Shown here in pieces: positions 62,678 to 64,000 of a stretch of 64,000 nt of DNA. Source of the stretch: Camelus ferus (Eukaryota); contig NC_045697.1 of NCBI RefSeq assembly GCF_009834535.1, positions 50,780,001 to 50,844,000 of the forward strand, given 5' to 3'. A program made the translations under genes and the position numbers. Below the pieces are notes generated by a model. That model was not told where the DNA came from and did no database searches. It saw only the letters and a list, made by a program, of their open reading frames with translations. How positions within the stretch are numbered: position 1 is the stretch's first letter; the number at the start of each line of letters is the position of its first letter.

Positions 62678-64000
62678 AAAAGTGAATGCCCATAATATAC
62701 TATTTGACTATTGTTATGATGAATCAAGATCATTTATAGTTAGACAAAATATATAGATAGCACACGCATGAGGAGATTATATATACTTACTTTTTTTAAG
62801 TTTAGGAACTTATATATTTGGAATTAAATTTACTGGGTATACATAGCTGTGATTATTAACACAACATGAATTATCTAGAAAGATGTACCCCTTGGAGGAT
62901 ATTTAGCATTTAGTTAAGTTTATTCTAAGTGATAAGAGAGAGAATATAGACAAATGAAAATTGATTTTTCAATTTTTTCAATATTCTATTTAAGTATTAT
63001 CTATGACTGAAAAATGAACCAGACACATTAAAATTACTTAATTATTAAATTTTCTTTTATTCCTAGCTGTTAAGGTGCTGAAGCTTTTATTTCTCCAAAA
63101 ATATTTATATGAATGCAGATATTACTGTTACTTTGGAGTTGCATTAGTCCAAGCTGACAAAAAAATCAGTTAAGGACCCAGAAAATCTAAATTAACAACA
63201 AAGTACAATGCAGTCAACATTGATAGTAGAATGTGTCAGAGAAAAAAAATTAATCTACCTAGAAAATTCAAGTGGAATAATTTTATAAGATCACACAATA
63301 TTGTCTGAGAATCATAGAAACCCAATTTAAAAGACTTAAATTATTTACAAAAAAAATTCAGTTACAAACTTGTGCTTATATTTATATATTTTCAAATATC
63401 AACTTGGATAATTATAAATTACATAAGAAATTTAGAAAAATTTACCCATTTCAATCTTTGTGCAAAATTCAAAATTTTCACTAATTAAAGTTTTATACTT
63501 GTAACCTAATTTTGAATAGTTGTAATTCACTATCACCTCAGGGATAAAAAGCATATATAGTCAAATATTTTAAACTCAAACTGGTAAATTCAATAAGTTA
63601 CATATGTCTTAATTAAAAGTAGTAGAGAAAGAAATCTATCACACTTCTTTTTCTTCAGTCTGAAAGTTCTAGTGGTAAAAGACTCTCAAATGGAAAGGAT
63701 TTTCAGTTTGTAATCTTAACCTGGAGTTTAATTTTTCTTCAAAGTGTGGCAACTGGAGTAGGTTTTATTCAGACTATCTTACTTTTAGCTAGAAATGGTT
63801 TCAAGCAAAAGGAAAAAAATCTTTTCAGTTTTAATACTATAAAACTTTAAGCCTGCTAATGACTACTATTTTTTGGCATGATGTTAGTTTTAACGTATTT
63901 GTTTATTACCTCTAATCAAGCTTACAGTAACCAAGCTAACACTAACCACACTACTATTTCTGAGTCAGATCCTTTCCTACTTTTCCTTATCAGAATGTTT

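Noticed and set aside
62700..64000. AT-rich end of the window as a possible CXCL8 3'UTR
   Set aside because: No CXCL8 coding exon or recognisable UTR seen. The gene is expected by synteny only, beyond the window.
1..64000. CRISPR arrays, operons or other prokaryote-type systems
   Set aside because: The DNA is clearly mammalian and has no regularly spaced repeat-spacer structure.

Overview
Mammalian genomic DNA, very likely camelid (three Vic-1-like tRNA-derived SINEs, cetartiodactyl-type chemokine sequences). It holds the core of the CXC chemokine cluster: three intact, spliced genes on the minus strand in the order CXCL6/CXCL5-like (GCP-2/AMCF-II type, 30796-31785), PPBP/CXCL7 (20502-21317) and PF4/CXCL4 (15678-16443). 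I rebuilt all three by hand from splice sites and reading frames. The rest is repeat-rich intergenic DNA (LTRs, L1, L2, MIR, SINEs, microsatellites). I see no support for a wholly new biological system. The best leads are: (i) tandem in-frame splice sites in PF4 and PPBP that could give either human-type or pig/cow-type N-termini; (ii) a compact E-box/ETS:RUNX/CRE/NF-E2 motif cluster about 10.5 kb upstream of CXCL6; (iii) a TSD-flanked polyadenylated insert that looks like an mRNA 3'UTR retrocopy; (iv) a TSD-flanked L1 made of only 5'UTR plus 3'UTR; (v) a nested LTR hotspot downstream of PF4. Repeat family names and cross-species protein comparisons are from memory and need a database check.
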